This document shows positions 1 through 9,786 of a stretch of 64,000 bases of DNA, piece by piece. The notes under the pieces were generated by a model. It had not been told where the DNA came from. It was given only the letters and a program-made list of their open reading frames with translations, and did not search any database. The DNA lies in contig JAZKEN010000032.1 in assembly GCA_040387035.1 (NCBI GenBank), forward strand, positions 21 through 64,020, read 5' to 3'. Every line of letters starts with the position of its first letter. The first letter of the stretch is position 1. This stretch comes from Pseudomonadota bacterium. Its GTDB lineage: Bacteria; Pseudomonadota; Gammaproteobacteria; Burkholderiales; Methylophilaceae. The position numbers were made by a program, and so were the translations under genes.

Positions 1-68
1 CTGGTCAGATGCGGAAGCAAGCAGCCACAACTATTGAGCAAGTGCCGGGGGTTTGGCTCGCCTCCTCC
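1..68 (+). ncRNA. ffs: Signal recognition particle 4.5S RNA, 3' part (5' end outside the window)
   Basis: GGTCAGATGCGGAAGCAAGCAGCC matches the SRP helix-8 signature (canonical GGTCAGGTCCGGAAGGAAGCAGCC) with a GGAA tetraloop; lies directly upstream of dnaX, a common arrangement. Confidence 0.88.
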
Positions 69-70
69 AA

Positions 71-193
71 AAAAATCCATTTTAATAAAGCATCTGCAGC
101 GTTGCGCGCTACTCCAAATCCTCATGTACTTGATGTACATTCCGGTTTATGCGCTCCGTACGCCTTGCATCTGCATTATTTAAATGAATTTTT
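71..193. repeat. ERIC-like miniature inverted-repeat element (~123 bp)
   Basis: Terminal inverted repeats 71-92 and 172-193 (19/22 match), central hairpin ATGTAC-ttgat-GTACAT (124-140), GCAAGGCG and GCAACGC motifs on the minus strand as in ERIC-type elements. Confidence 0.6.
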
Positions 194-253
194 GGCAGCA
201 TAGTATACATTTTAACTTAGACGAAATTCAATTTTTAAGCTAAAGTCTCGCTT

Positions 254-1927
254 ATGTCATATCTCGTTTTAGCACGTAAATACCGCCCCAAATCGTTTGA
301 TACTTTAGTTGGTCAGCCGCATGTAGTGCGCGCATTGACTAATGCGCTGACACAGCAGCGTTTGCATCATGCTTACTTATTTACCGGTACACGCGGCGTA
401 GGTAAAACGACGATTGCGCGTATCTTGGCCAAGTCATTAAATTGCGAAACCGGCATCACAGCAACGCCCTGCGGCGTATGCAATGCTTGTACCGAAATCG
501 ATCGTGGCCGTTTTGTGGATTTGCTGGAAGTCGATGCGGCATCCAACACGCAAGTAGACGCCATGCGCGAACTGCTGGATAACGCACAATACGCGCCTAC
601 CGTGGGCCGTTTTAAAGTGTACATCATCGATGAAGTGCACATGCTGTCTAAAAGTGCCTTCAATGCCATGCTTAAAACGCTGGAAGAGCCTCCAGCACAC
701 GTTAAATTTATCCTGGCTACCACTGACCCTCAAAAAGTACCGGTGACCGTACTATCGCGCTGTTTGCAATTTAATTTGCGCCAGATGGCTGGCATTACCA
801 TTTCCGAGCATTTACAAAATGTTCTTGGCCAAGAAAATATCAGTTTTGAGCCGGCCGCTATCCACCTGATTTCACGTGCCGCCGCAGGCTCTATGCGCGA
901 TGCCTTGTCATTGACCGACCAGGCGATTGCCTATGGCAACCAGACGGTGAATGAAGCAGAGGTGCGCAGCATGTTGGGTGCCATCGACCAATCGTATTTA
1001 TATGACATTTTGCAGGCCCTAATCGATCAAGATGGGGCCGCCCTGATTGAAAAAGCGCAGGCCATGCAGATGCGCAATATTGCATTTGAAGCCGCGCTAA
1101 ATGACCTGGCCAATATTTTGCATCAAATTGCCATCATACAAACCGTGCCTGGCAGCATGGCTGACGACCACCCGGAGCGCAACCTGCTTATAGGTTTAGC
1201 ACAAAAATTAAATGCGGAAACCCTGCAACTGTATTATCAAATCGCCTTATTAGGCCGCAGGGATATTGGCTTAGCGCCAGATGAGTACGCTGGCTTTACC
1301 ATGAGTTTGCTACGTATGCTGGCCTTTACGCCTAGCGAAAAAGTATCTGAAAAGCTGACCACACCCGCCCCCATTATCAATAGGCCGCTAACCACACCAG
1401 CAAGCAATGCGCAGGCAAATATAAAAGTGGAGATTGCACCCAGTGAACCAGCAGTAGTGACGCAAACTATTGCAACGCCTGTAGAATCGATTGCTGAGCC
1501 TGCCGCAATCGAAACCAGCACTGAAAATACGGCACAAAGTTTTGACGGCAACTGGCGTGCCCTGGTTGAAAAAAGTTTAAAGCTTGGCCTTGCCCGTGCC
1601 TTGGCACAAAACTGTGAAATGATCAGCTACGATGAAAACAGTATTAATCTAAGGGTAGCCGCGAGCAATAAACATTTAGTCAGCGCGAGCTATCAGGAAA
1701 AATTATCCAGCGCCATCAACCAGCATTTTGGTAAGCGCATCAAGCTGAGTGTAGAAATCAGTGGCGAAGCCCATATTGAAATCAATACGCCAGCCAAACA
1801 ATCCGCTGTTGAAAAAGCCACTATTCAGTCGTCTGCGGAAGAGTCAATTATGCAAGATAGCTTTGTGAAAGACTTACTCAGCCAGTTTGACGCAACGATT
1901 ATCCCCAACAGCATTAAACCCATTTAG
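254..1927 (+). CDS. dnaX: DNA polymerase III subunit gamma/tau
   Basis: YLVLARKYRP start, Walker A GTRGVGKT, CGVCNAC zinc module, IIDEVHML, SRC motif. Confidence 0.98.
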   Translation: MSYLVLARKYRPKSFDTLVGQPHVVRALTNALTQQRLHHAYLFTGTRGVGKTTIARILAKSLNCETGITATPCGVCNACTEIDRGRFVDLLEVDAASNTQVDAMRELLDNAQYAPTVGRFKVYIIDEVHMLSKSAFNAMLKTLEEPPAHVKFILATTDPQKVPVTVLSRCLQFNLRQMAGITISEHLQNVLGQENISFEPAAIHLISRAAAGSMRDALSLTDQAIAYGNQTVNEAEVRSMLGAIDQSYLYDILQALIDQDGAALIEKAQAMQMRNIAFEAALNDLANILHQIAIIQTVPGSMADDHPERNLLIGLAQKLNAETLQLYYQIALLGRRDIGLAPDEYAGFTMSLLRMLAFTPSEKVSEKLTTPAPIINRPLTTPASNAQANIKVEIAPSEPAVVTQTIATPVESIAEPAAIETSTENTAQSFDGNWRALVEKSLKLGLARALAQNCEMISYDENSINLRVAASNKHLVSASYQEKLSSAINQHFGKRIKLSVEISGEAHIEINTPAKQSAVEKATIQSSAEESIMQDSFVKDLLSQFDATIIPNSIKPI

Positions 1928-1948
1928 TTAATACGATAGGAGCACAAT

Positions 1949-2257
1949 ATGATGAAAGGTGGCATGGGCAATATGATGAAGCAAGCCCAGCAAATGCAAG
2001 CCAATATGCAAAAAGCGCAAGCAGAATTAGCCGAAACTTTGGTAGAAGGCGTTGCCAGCAGCGGCCTGGTAAAAATCAGCATGACCTGTAACAACGTTGT
2101 GAAGCGCGTCACGATAGATGACTCTGCAATGGATGACCGCGAAACTTTAGAAGACTTATTGCTGATTGCGTTAAATGACGCAAGAGCCAAAGCAGAAGCG
2201 ACTTCATCTGCGCGCATGAGTGGCATGATGCCGGCAGGTTTTAAATTACCGTTTTAA
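1949..2257 (+). CDS. ybaB: YbaB/EbfC nucleoid-associated protein
   Basis: MKQAQQMQ start, GFKLPF end; sits between dnaX and recR. Confidence 0.95.
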   Translation: MMKGGMGNMMKQAQQMQANMQKAQAELAETLVEGVASSGLVKISMTCNNVVKRVTIDDSAMDDRETLEDLLLIALNDARAKAEATSSARMSGMMPAGFKLPF

Positions 2258-2272
2258 GTTTTCCCCACAGGT

Positions 2273-2302
2273 TTCGTCATTCCCGCGCAGGCGGGAATCC
2301 AG
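2273..2302 (+). repeat. REP/dRS3-like palindrome TTCGTCATTCCCGCGCAGGCGGGAATCCAG
   Basis: ATTCCC-N8-GGGAAT core; an exact 30-bp reverse-complement copy is at 28688-28717. Confidence 0.85.
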
Positions 2303-2388
2303 TCAAGGTGACATTAATTTGAGTAGTTTTAATAAAAGTCATGCTTGCCTGGACAACACCTGCGCTGGTTTAACACTTAAGAAATGAT

Positions 2389-2985
2389 ATGAAAAACCCT
2401 CCCGCACTCGAGCAGTTGATTGATTCGTTACGCTGCCTGCCTGGCGTAGGGCCAAAATCTGCCTTGCGAATGGCGTATTACTTGTTGCAACGCGATAGAA
2501 AAGGTGCGGCTAAATTAGGCAATAGCCTGGAAAATGCCCTGCAAGTGCTTGGACATTGCACGCTGTGCAATAATTTTTCCGAAACGCCTATCTGCCCTTT
2601 ATGTACGTCTGAAAAGCGTGATCCGTCACAATTGTGCGTAGTAGAAATGCCAACCGACTTGATGATGATGGAACAAACGCAATCATACAATGGTATGTAT
2701 TTTGTATTGATGGGCCGATTATCACCTCTGGATGGCGTTGGCCCGAAGGAAATCAATTTAGAAAAACTGATTAAGCGCGCGCAAGATGGCGTGACCCAGG
2801 AAGTGATTCTGGCTACCAACTACACGGTTGAAGGCGAAGCCACTGCGCATTACATCAGCGAGCTGCTTAAAACACGCGGCATAGCGGTAAGCCGTATCGC
2901 ACGTGGCCTGCCAATGGGTGGCGAAATTGAATATGTGGATAGCGGCACACTATCGATGGCGTTGCTGGGGCGAAAAAAACTTTAA
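2389..2985 (+). CDS. recR: Recombination mediator RecR
   Basis: LPGVGPKSA HhH motif, C4 zinc finger, Toprim domain, [15 protein letters not shown]. Confidence 0.98.
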   Translation: MKNPPALEQLIDSLRCLPGVGPKSALRMAYYLLQRDRKGAAKLGNSLENALQVLGHCTLCNNFSETPICPLCTSEKRDPSQLCVVEMPTDLMMMEQTQSYNGMYFVLMGRLSPLDGVGPKEINLEKLIKRAQDGVTQEVILATNYTVEGEATAHYISELLKTRGIAVSRIARGLPMGGEIEYVDSGTLSMALLGRKKL

Positions 2986-3028
2986 CGCTAAAATCCACCA
3001 TCCATCGCCAGCATATATAGATAGATGT

Positions 3029-3685
3029 TTAGCTCACATTGATCAATTGCAGTAGATCCATTGGTGCGTCAATGAGTGCATCAGCGCCCCATTCCAGTGG
3101 CTTATCCGTCACATCAATATAGCCAAATAAAGCCACCACTGTTTTCATACCTGCCGCTTTTCCTGCCTGTACATCACGCTCTGCATCACCCAGGTAGATG
3201 CAGCTTGCAGGATCAACATCCGCTTCTTCACAAGCCAATAAAAGTGTCGCTGGTGAAGGTTTTGGTTGCGGTGCGTCATCGCCACTGACCACGCAAGCGG
3301 CGCGTTTATCCAAATCCATGCTTTTGACCAAAGGCTGCGTAAAACGACGCGGTTTATTGGTGACAATCCCCCACTTTAGCCCTTTACTTTCAATGGCTTG
3401 CAATAGATCGCCCATACCATCCAACAAAACAGGGCTGCGCGTAAAGACGGTATCGTAAATACTTAAATACTCATCGCGCATGGCAATAAAATTGGCATCC
3501 TTTGGCGTAATGCCAAAGCCCAAACCAAGCAAACCGCGTGAGCCATGCGAGGCAAAAGGCCTGATGGCCGCATCGCTTAGCGGTGCCCTGCCATGGCGTA
3601 TAAGTTGAAGATTAAGTGCATGACCTAAATCCGGAGCGGTATCCACCAGCGTACCATCCAGATCGAAAAGAATAGTATCGATCAA
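3029..3685 (-). CDS. gph: HAD phosphatase (phosphoglycolate phosphatase / MupP-like)
   Basis: FDLDGTLVD, TNK, KPSP and GD motifs; downstream of ubiG. Confidence 0.85.
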   Translation of the reverse strand: MIDTILFDLDGTLVDTAPDLGHALNLQLIRHGRAPLSDAAIRPFASHGSRGLLGLGFGITPKDANFIAMRDEYLSIYDTVFTRSPVLLDGMGDLLQAIESKGLKWGIVTNKPRRFTQPLVKSMDLDKRAACVVSGDDAPQPKPSPATLLLACEEADVDPASCIYLGDAERDVQAGKAAGMKTVVALFGYIDVTDKPLEWGADALIDAPMDLLQLINVS

Positions 3686-3688
3686 GCA

Positions 3689-4384
3689 TTAACCCTTAAC
3701 TGTATGCATCATATAATTCACGGAAACATCGCTATCGAGCCAGTAATGCTTGGTAATGGGGTTATAGCTCATGCCGATCTGGTGCTGTAGCCTTAAATCG
3801 ACAGACCGCGTCCAACTAGCCAGTTCTGAAGGTTTGATAAATTTTGCATAATCATGCGTACCGCGCGGCAACATATTCAGCACATATTCGGCGCCAATCA
3901 CTGCAAACAAGTAGGCTTTGGGATTGCGATTAATGGTAGAGAAAAACACATGGCCACCCGGCTTAACCAGCTGCGCACAAGCTTGCACCACGCTAGCCGG
4001 GTCGGGCACATGTTCCAGCATTTCCAGGCATGTCACCACGTCATAACTGGCTGGCGCCTCTACGGCCAATTGTTCAACTGCAATAAGACGATAATCAACG
4101 TTAATACCGCTTTCAAGGCTATGCAGTTGCGCCACTTTCAGGGCTTTTTCGCCTAAATCAATGCCAGTGACCTTGGCACCCTTTTGCGCCATGGATTCAC
4201 TTAATATACCGCCTCCACAGCCGACATCCAGAACCGTTTTACCGGCTAATGAAACCGCTTGCTCAATATAATTGAGGCGCAAAGGGTTAATATCATGCAA
4301 AGGCTTGAATTCACTGGTTTTATCCCACCATTTGTGGGCTAGCTCACTAAATTTATTCAATTCAGCTGAATCGTAATTGGACAT
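3689..4384 (-). CDS. ubiG: Ubiquinone biosynthesis O-methyltransferase
   Basis: [27 protein letters not shown] motif, [15 protein letters not shown]. Confidence 0.97.
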   Translation of the reverse strand: MSNYDSAELNKFSELAHKWWDKTSEFKPLHDINPLRLNYIEQAVSLAGKTVLDVGCGGGILSESMAQKGAKVTGIDLGEKALKVAQLHSLESGINVDYRLIAVEQLAVEAPASYDVVTCLEMLEHVPDPASVVQACAQLVKPGGHVFFSTINRNPKAYLFAVIGAEYVLNMLPRGTHDYAKFIKPSELASWTRSVDLRLQHQIGMSYNPITKHYWLDSDVSVNYMMHTVKG

Positions 4385-4405
4385 AGTTTTCTTTATCTAA
4401 AATGG

Positions 4406-5752
4406 TTAGCTAATAGACTTGAACGCATCGAGTTTGGTTTGCCACTTGTTCACAATATCCACCAGTTCTTGCGGTTCGATATTACTGTAAATACCAGCAT
4501 TGTTGTTTGGCTTATGATACTTCAAATCACCATTCACCCAAACATGGCTTATTTGCTCACGCTCAGCCACATACACCAGGTGTGAAATTACATCAAAACA
4601 AGGTTGCATATTAAAATCGTCTAATTTGACAGCTGTTAAATCGGCTAATTTACCGATCTCAATTGAGCCAATTTCTTCGTCCATACCAAGCGCCTTGGCC
4701 CCATTTATGGTCGCCATTTCTAGCGCTTGATGCGCAGAAACGGCAGTGGCATCGCCACTTATTCCTTTGGCTAATAATGCGGCAAGCCGCATTTCAGTAA
4801 ACATATCCAATCGGTTATTACTAGCCGCACCATCCGTGCCCAGACCGATATTAATACCCTGCTTCGCATAATCGGCAATGGGCGCAATGCCGCTGGCCAG
4901 CTTTAGGTTGGAGCTTGGGCAATGCGCAACACTGCATCCATTTTCTGCCAGCATCTGTATTTCTATTGCATTTAAGTGCACACAATGGGCAAAGGTAGTC
5001 GTAGCACCTAATAAGCCTAACTTGGCCAATCGTGCCAGTGGGCGCATGCCATAAACTTGTTCGCTTTGCGTAATTTCTGCGATAGTTTCATGCAAGTGCG
5101 TGTGTAAGCCTATATTGATCTGCGCACTTAATGTGTTTAACGTTGTAAAAGTCTCATCCGAGACGGTATAAGGCGCGTGTGGCGCAAAACTAAAGCGGAT
5201 CAATGGCTCATTTTTTAAGCTATCACGCGTTTGCGTACCTTTGTCGATGTAACTTTCAGCATTATTGGCGTACTGCGTTGCAAATTCCAGAACAACCAGG
5301 CCTAAATTTGCGCGCATGCCTGACTGAACAGCGGCTTCAGCGGCAGCTTCAGGGTAAAAATACATATCATTAAAAGTAGTGATGCCGCCCCGCAGCATTT
5401 CAGCACAAGCCAATAATGTTCCGTCACGTACAAAGTTTGCCGATAGCACTTTCTGTTCGGCTGGCCAGATATGTTGCTCTAACCAGGGCATTAAGGGTAA
5501 ATCATCCGCCAAGCCGCGCATCAGATTCATGGCCGCATGGGTATGCAAGTTAATAAAGCCCGGCAACAAAACGTGCTCGCTTAGTTGAACCACTTCATTC
5601 GCTTGATATTGTTGATGCGCCTCTAAGATTGGGTAGATAGCAATAATGACACCGGCATGAATGATTACCGCCTGATGCTCTAATACAGTGTTTTTAGGGA
5701 TAATTGGTACTAGCCAACGTGCCTCAATCATTAAATCGATCGCTTGTTTCAT
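4406..5752 (-). CDS. mtaD: MTA/SAH deaminase (TRZ/ATZ amidohydrolase family); start placed at MKQAIDL
   Basis: PGFINLHTH, APHAPY, HTHLHET, HCPSSNLKLASG, GTDGAASNN; the longer ORF start overlaps the upstream terminator. Confidence 0.85.
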   Translation of the reverse strand: MKQAIDLMIEARWLVPIIPKNTVLEHQAVIIHAGVIIAIYPILEAHQQYQANEVVQLSEHVLLPGFINLHTHAAMNLMRGLADDLPLMPWLEQHIWPAEQKVLSANFVRDGTLLACAEMLRGGITTFNDMYFYPEAAAEAAVQSGMRANLGLVVLEFATQYANNAESYIDKGTQTRDSLKNEPLIRFSFAPHAPYTVSDETFTTLNTLSAQINIGLHTHLHETIAEITQSEQVYGMRPLARLAKLGLLGATTTFAHCVHLNAIEIQMLAENGCSVAHCPSSNLKLASGIAPIADYAKQGINIGLGTDGAASNNRLDMFTEMRLAALLAKGISGDATAVSAHQALEMATINGAKALGMDEEIGSIEIGKLADLTAVKLDDFNMQPCFDVISHLVYVAEREQISHVWVNGDLKYHKPNNNAGIYSNIEPQELVDIVNKWQTKLDAFKSIS

Positions 5753-5798
5753 GCTGGTATTATAACGACAAAGTAACAGCCGATTAAAAATAATAGGC

Positions 5799-5832
5799 AA
5801 TAAAAAACCCCGCATTAACGGGGTTTTTTATT
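5799..5832 (-). terminator. Rho-independent terminator after ompA (symmetric A/T tracts)
   Basis: AATAAAAAACCCCG-cattaa-CGGGGTTTTTTATT hairpin. Confidence 0.85.
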
Positions 5833-5856
5833 CGGTTAGAAACTAACTAATTAAAC

Positions 5857-6945
5857 TTAGTTACAACCTACTTCTTTTTTGCCTTCAGCTTGAATCGTTA
5901 CACGACGATTTGGTTGTAAGCATGTGATTAGTTTTTGAGTTTTGCTATTACCAGCACACTCAACAACAGGCTCTGACTCACCTTTACCAATTGCTTGGAT
6001 GATAGATTGATCAACACCTTGAGCAGTCAAGTAGTCTCTAACGATGTTAGCACGACGCTCTGAAAGTTTTTGGTTGTATTCATCAGTACCAAGTCTGTCA
6101 GTATGGCCAGTTACGATAACAGCTTTAAACTCAGGGTTTGCTTTGATTTTAGCAGCTGCTTCATCTAGAGCGGCTTTGCCTTCATCTCTTAAGTTTGCTT
6201 TATCAAAAGCAAATAGTTTCTCAGCACCAACAGTAATTGTTTCTACTTGTGGTGTACAAACTACCGGAGCTGGAGCTGGCTCTGGTGTTGGCTCTGGAGC
6301 TGCTGCAATTGGAGCTGGTTCTGGAGTTGGCTCTGCAACTACTGCTGCTGGCGCGCCGAAACGGAAAATAGCACCTAAGTTAACCAATGTATTACGGATT
6401 GTGCCATCAGCGTCAAAATCATTTGTTGATGATTTAGCATCTGACTTGCTCCACTGATGACGTACATCAGCTTGTAAACCGAATGAATCGCTGAACAAAT
6501 ACTGTAAACCTAAACCTACGTTAGCCATTACTGAAGTTTTAGTCTTGTCACCAATACCAACACCTGAGTAATCAACATTGTTACGAGCTGCGCCTACACC
6601 AGCAAGTAAGAATGGACGGAATTTATCACGGCTAAACATGTACAAAGCGTCTAAACCCAATGTAGTTTGTTTGTATTTACCGCTAGCACCGACAATGTCT
6701 GTATCTTCATCTAAACGGTTATAACCTAAACGACCTTGTAAATCCCAGCTTGGGCTTAATTCTTTACCAAGACTGATAAAGCCGCCACGTACACCATTGT
6801 CAGCTTCTAGATCGTTATCTGTATGCATGTAGCTTACACCTGGTACAGCATACCAAGCGCCACGGTACATATCTTCAGCTGATGCTGCGAAAGCTGATAA
6901 GCCAAGGGTGGCAACAACAGCTAAGCTAATTAAATTCTTTTTCAT
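5857..6945 (-). CDS. ompA: OmpA-family outer membrane protein
   Basis: Signal peptide, beta-barrel, Pro/Ala linker, GHTDRLG..YNQKLSERRA and NRRV peptidoglycan-binding domain. Confidence 0.93.
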   Translation of the reverse strand: MKKNLISLAVVATLGLSAFAASAEDMYRGAWYAVPGVSYMHTDNDLEADNGVRGGFISLGKELSPSWDLQGRLGYNRLDEDTDIVGASGKYKQTTLGLDALYMFSRDKFRPFLLAGVGAARNNVDYSGVGIGDKTKTSVMANVGLGLQYLFSDSFGLQADVRHQWSKSDAKSSTNDFDADGTIRNTLVNLGAIFRFGAPAAVVAEPTPEPAPIAAAPEPTPEPAPAPVVCTPQVETITVGAEKLFAFDKANLRDEGKAALDEAAAKIKANPEFKAVIVTGHTDRLGTDEYNQKLSERRANIVRDYLTAQGVDQSIIQAIGKGESEPVVECAGNSKTQKLITCLQPNRRVTIQAEGKKEVGCN

Positions 6946-7032
6946 TATTAAACTCCTATTAAAAACGTACTTACAAACAAATATCTATGAGCGAACTATA
7001 CTTAAACTATTCTAACTAAGCAACGCTAAACT

Positions 7033-7791
7033 TTAGGATTGACGCGCTAAATCGTTTAATTTGTTGTGTTCTTGCAACAGTTTTTTTACTTTTACCACTT
7101 TATCCATTACTAAAGTCTTATTTCGCGCGTCTGATTCACAAACACCACCTCTAAAACCAATATAGAATGGGCTAGCTTTGCTTAAAAACTCAATATGTTG
7201 TGGTTTCAAAGACCCTGCTACTCCAGATTTTAATGCATTTATTTTGCAGGCTTGTGTAAAAATTTGTAAAGTCTGCACATCGCAAATGCTCAGCAAATCC
7301 TGCTGCTTGGCGTTGGTGTCTAACATAGCACCATAAAACCCCAATTTGTTAAGCGTTTCAAGTAACTTCAAATCCACTTGCTGGTCGGCAAAAAACACGG
7401 CAACCAGCTTGGCATCTGCTTTCAGTGTGGTCATTTCTCGTAGATCAAACCTTTGCTGCCAGTTTGGAATAGCTTCTAAAGTGGCAATCGCCACCTTGAT
7501 AATATCAATATTGATTTCTACCCTTTTTAATATACTACTCATCAGATCATCTAGACTGGCATGATTCTCGCCGACGGTAGCGCTAATTAAAATGGGTTGA
7601 AAGTAAGGGTTGTGCTTTGTATTGATCTGATTGTGCTGTTGCGTTTTGCCCACAATCTGCGCGCTTAAAGCCAAGTCGAGCGCACCTAATGCGCCGGTTT
7701 GCGGATCTTTTAAATCGACAATATCCACACCTGCATTGAGTGCGATCAATGCCTCTTCAACATTTTTTACGCTGACCAGCAATTGCGTCAT
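7033..7791 (-). CDS. mfnB: (5-formylfuran-3-yl)methyl phosphate synthase, methanofuran biosynthesis (orf22-like)
   Basis: LLVSV..EEA, DIVDLKDP..GALGA, MLDT..K, GVAGSL, GFRGGVC; start MTQLL overlaps the upstream stop (ATGA). Confidence 0.88.
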   Translation of the reverse strand: MTQLLVSVKNVEEALIALNAGVDIVDLKDPQTGALGALDLALSAQIVGKTQQHNQINTKHNPYFQPILISATVGENHASLDDLMSSILKRVEINIDIIKVAIATLEAIPNWQQRFDLREMTTLKADAKLVAVFFADQQVDLKLLETLNKLGFYGAMLDTNAKQQDLLSICDVQTLQIFTQACKINALKSGVAGSLKPQHIEFLSKASPFYIGFRGGVCESDARNKTLVMDKVVKVKKLLQEHNKLNDLARQS

Positions 7792-8363
7792 AGTGGCTCT
7801 TGCTTTTGCAAACCTGCGTAAAAGTGGTGTACTTTTTCTACCAGCCAAGACCATGCCAGCAATTCGTTTTCACCGGCGGTTTTATCGATGGCAATTTGCA
7901 AATACTGCATTTCTGCAACTATTTTATCCTGCGGCAGCATATGCAAACGACTCACTAGTACAGCCAACTCTAACACAGCCGCTTGCGCCCGGTTGAATCC
8001 TTTAAAAGGACTGTGGTTTTGTGCAAATGTTTTTTGCATCAGCAGCTGCGGCCTGACGGCATCTTCACGCACTTCGATTAAGGCCAACTCCACATGCTGC
8101 AGGCAGCCTGCCAGCCTAAGGCCTTTAATCTGGCTGGCTTGTTGTAAAGCCCACGCCTGTCGGTTGGTTAGCGCTGCTGCAAATACCCGCACATCGTCGG
8201 TCATATTCATCACCGCAACTTTGGTTGCCAGGATATTATCCAAGGTGACGGATGGCTTGTAAGGCGAAATCAGGACATTGTCACCCTCGTAGCGCACGCC
8301 AAAAGGCGCTACATGGGCAACACCCTCTGCATTGATGCTGGTAATAATGGTTTCAAAGATCAT
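7788..8363 (-). CDS. DUF447 family protein (H4MPT-cluster orf19-like)
   Basis: MIFETIITS, HVAPFG, PYKPSVTLDN, GFNRAQAAVLE..VLVSRL, AIDKTAG; cluster context. Confidence 0.8.
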   Translation of the reverse strand: MIFETIITSINAEGVAHVAPFGVRYEGDNVLISPYKPSVTLDNILATKVAVMNMTDDVRVFAAALTNRQAWALQQASQIKGLRLAGCLQHVELALIEVREDAVRPQLLMQKTFAQNHSPFKGFNRAQAAVLELAVLVSRLHMLPQDKIVAEMQYLQIAIDKTAGENELLAWSWLVEKVHHFYAGLQKQEPL

Positions 8364-9784
8364 TTGTCTTTTTGTTGTCGTTTTTCTTTTAATGATGCTT
8401 CGCGGTGACTTTTTCTATCATCCACTTTTTCTACCAGGCTTGAAACACCCCAATCAAGGGATTCATCTTGCACATACCGCTTTTTGAGTTGCCAGGCAAT
8501 TTGCGCACGCGCAAGCTCCACACCCAGATAAAACGCATGTGAAGCATCATTTTGCACACCCAGGTTCGGATAAAACGCAAAAGGATCCACGTCTTGCAAC
8601 AAGCCATCTCGATTGTACACGTGTACACCCGTTTCACTGACCATAATCCTGAAACTGGGGTCTTTAATCTGGGCCGCGATCTCTGCCACTTCGGTGGCGT
8701 TATACGGAAATGGCTTTCTGTCATGCAGACCTAGCAAGCCATTGCTGTAGCCTCTTGGTAACCTGTCATCCAATTTGGCACGATACATCACGCGCCGCGC
8801 ATTATCGGCTTCTGCAATCGCATTCACCGCATGCGGGCTTACTGAGGTAGCCAGCACTGCCTGGATATTCAATTCACTGATCAGGCCAAACAGGACCGCA
8901 TTAATGCCGGTGGTATCGGCATCTGTTAGCTCTGTCACATTACCAATACCCATCATCATTTGAATCTGCGGATACTTTTTGCGCAGCTTGTGGTAGCGCA
9001 CGATAGAATCGGCTAGCCCAAAGTGGATCGGGTCCAAAATCGCATCGGCAATAAACGGCTTATTGCGTTTTAAGCAGTGTTCAATGGCGCGGTAAAGTGA
9101 CGGCATATTGCCCGGTTTTGCAGGGATTAAAATCGGTGTGGCGGCCACTTCATCTGCAATCCATAGCGTTTTTTCGGTGAGGCTTAATAAGTAATCTGCG
9201 CCCGATTGCCCGGCTAGCAGCAAATCATCGGCGCGCATGGAATCGACGCTTACCTTTAAACCCAGCGCTTTCAATGCTTGAATAGAGTCCTTTAGATGCG
9301 CAAAAGACTTGCCAGGCAAACAGCCCAAATCAATCACATCAGCGCCCTGGGCTTGAAAACGTAAGGCTTTTTCTACAATGGCATCAATACTTAAATCCGG
9401 CGCATCCACGATCTCGGCAAATATTTGTACGGAATACTGGCTTAAATCGGGAGCAATGCCATTTTGGCCAAAATACTGCGGCAGGTCTTTTAAATCTTTA
9501 GGACCACGCTCTACCGGAATGCCATATTGGCGGTGTAATTGGCTTAAATCACCCTGGCAAAGCCCTGGCAAAATCATTTTATTGGCATCACCCGTATTTT
9601 TTAATCGGCGCGCGATGAGATCCGGGGTCATCAAAGCCGCCACAGACACGCCTATTTGCTCTACGCGGTATTTAAATTGCGGAGGTTTAGGGTTTTTATC
9701 CGATGGGGTCTGAATATCTTGCAACACCTTATGCAGACTTTTTTCAGCCAATTTACCGGTTACAAATAATAGCTTTTCAGCCAT
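8360..9784 (-). CDS. Dihydropteroate-synthase-like protein of H4MPT biosynthesis (orf20-like)
   Basis: LFVTGKLAE, VAALMT, RGPKDLKDLP, IFAEIVDAP, GNVTELTDAD, HAFYLGVELARA, YVQDE. Confidence 0.85.
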   Translation of the reverse strand: MAEKLLFVTGKLAEKSLHKVLQDIQTPSDKNPKPPQFKYRVEQIGVSVAALMTPDLIARRLKNTGDANKMILPGLCQGDLSQLHRQYGIPVERGPKDLKDLPQYFGQNGIAPDLSQYSVQIFAEIVDAPDLSIDAIVEKALRFQAQGADVIDLGCLPGKSFAHLKDSIQALKALGLKVSVDSMRADDLLLAGQSGADYLLSLTEKTLWIADEVAATPILIPAKPGNMPSLYRAIEHCLKRNKPFIADAILDPIHFGLADSIVRYHKLRKKYPQIQMMMGIGNVTELTDADTTGINAVLFGLISELNIQAVLATSVSPHAVNAIAEADNARRVMYRAKLDDRLPRGYSNGLLGLHDRKPFPYNATEVAEIAAQIKDPSFRIMVSETGVHVYNRDGLLQDVDPFAFYPNLGVQNDASHAFYLGVELARAQIAWQLKKRYVQDESLDWGVSSLVEKVDDRKSHREASLKEKRQQKDK

Positions 9785-9786
9785 GG

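Noticed and set aside
9-203. 64-aa ORF
   Set aside because: Overlaps the SRP RNA and the inverted-repeat element; no recognisable protein features.
1330-1580. Programmed -1 frameshift in dnaX (gamma/tau)
   Set aside because: The A-runs (GAA AAA GTA; GAA AAA AGT) are not in the A_AAA_AAG frame and no stimulatory hairpin was seen.
5753-5815. N-terminal extensions in the ORF track for mtaD, mfnB, ispG, ndk, czcA and czcC
   Set aside because: They overlap terminators or upstream genes; downstream starts have better RBS or match family N-termini.
6265-6335. Short tandem-like repeats in ompA
   Set aside because: They encode the ordinary Pro/Ala/Glu linker (PEPTPEPAP).
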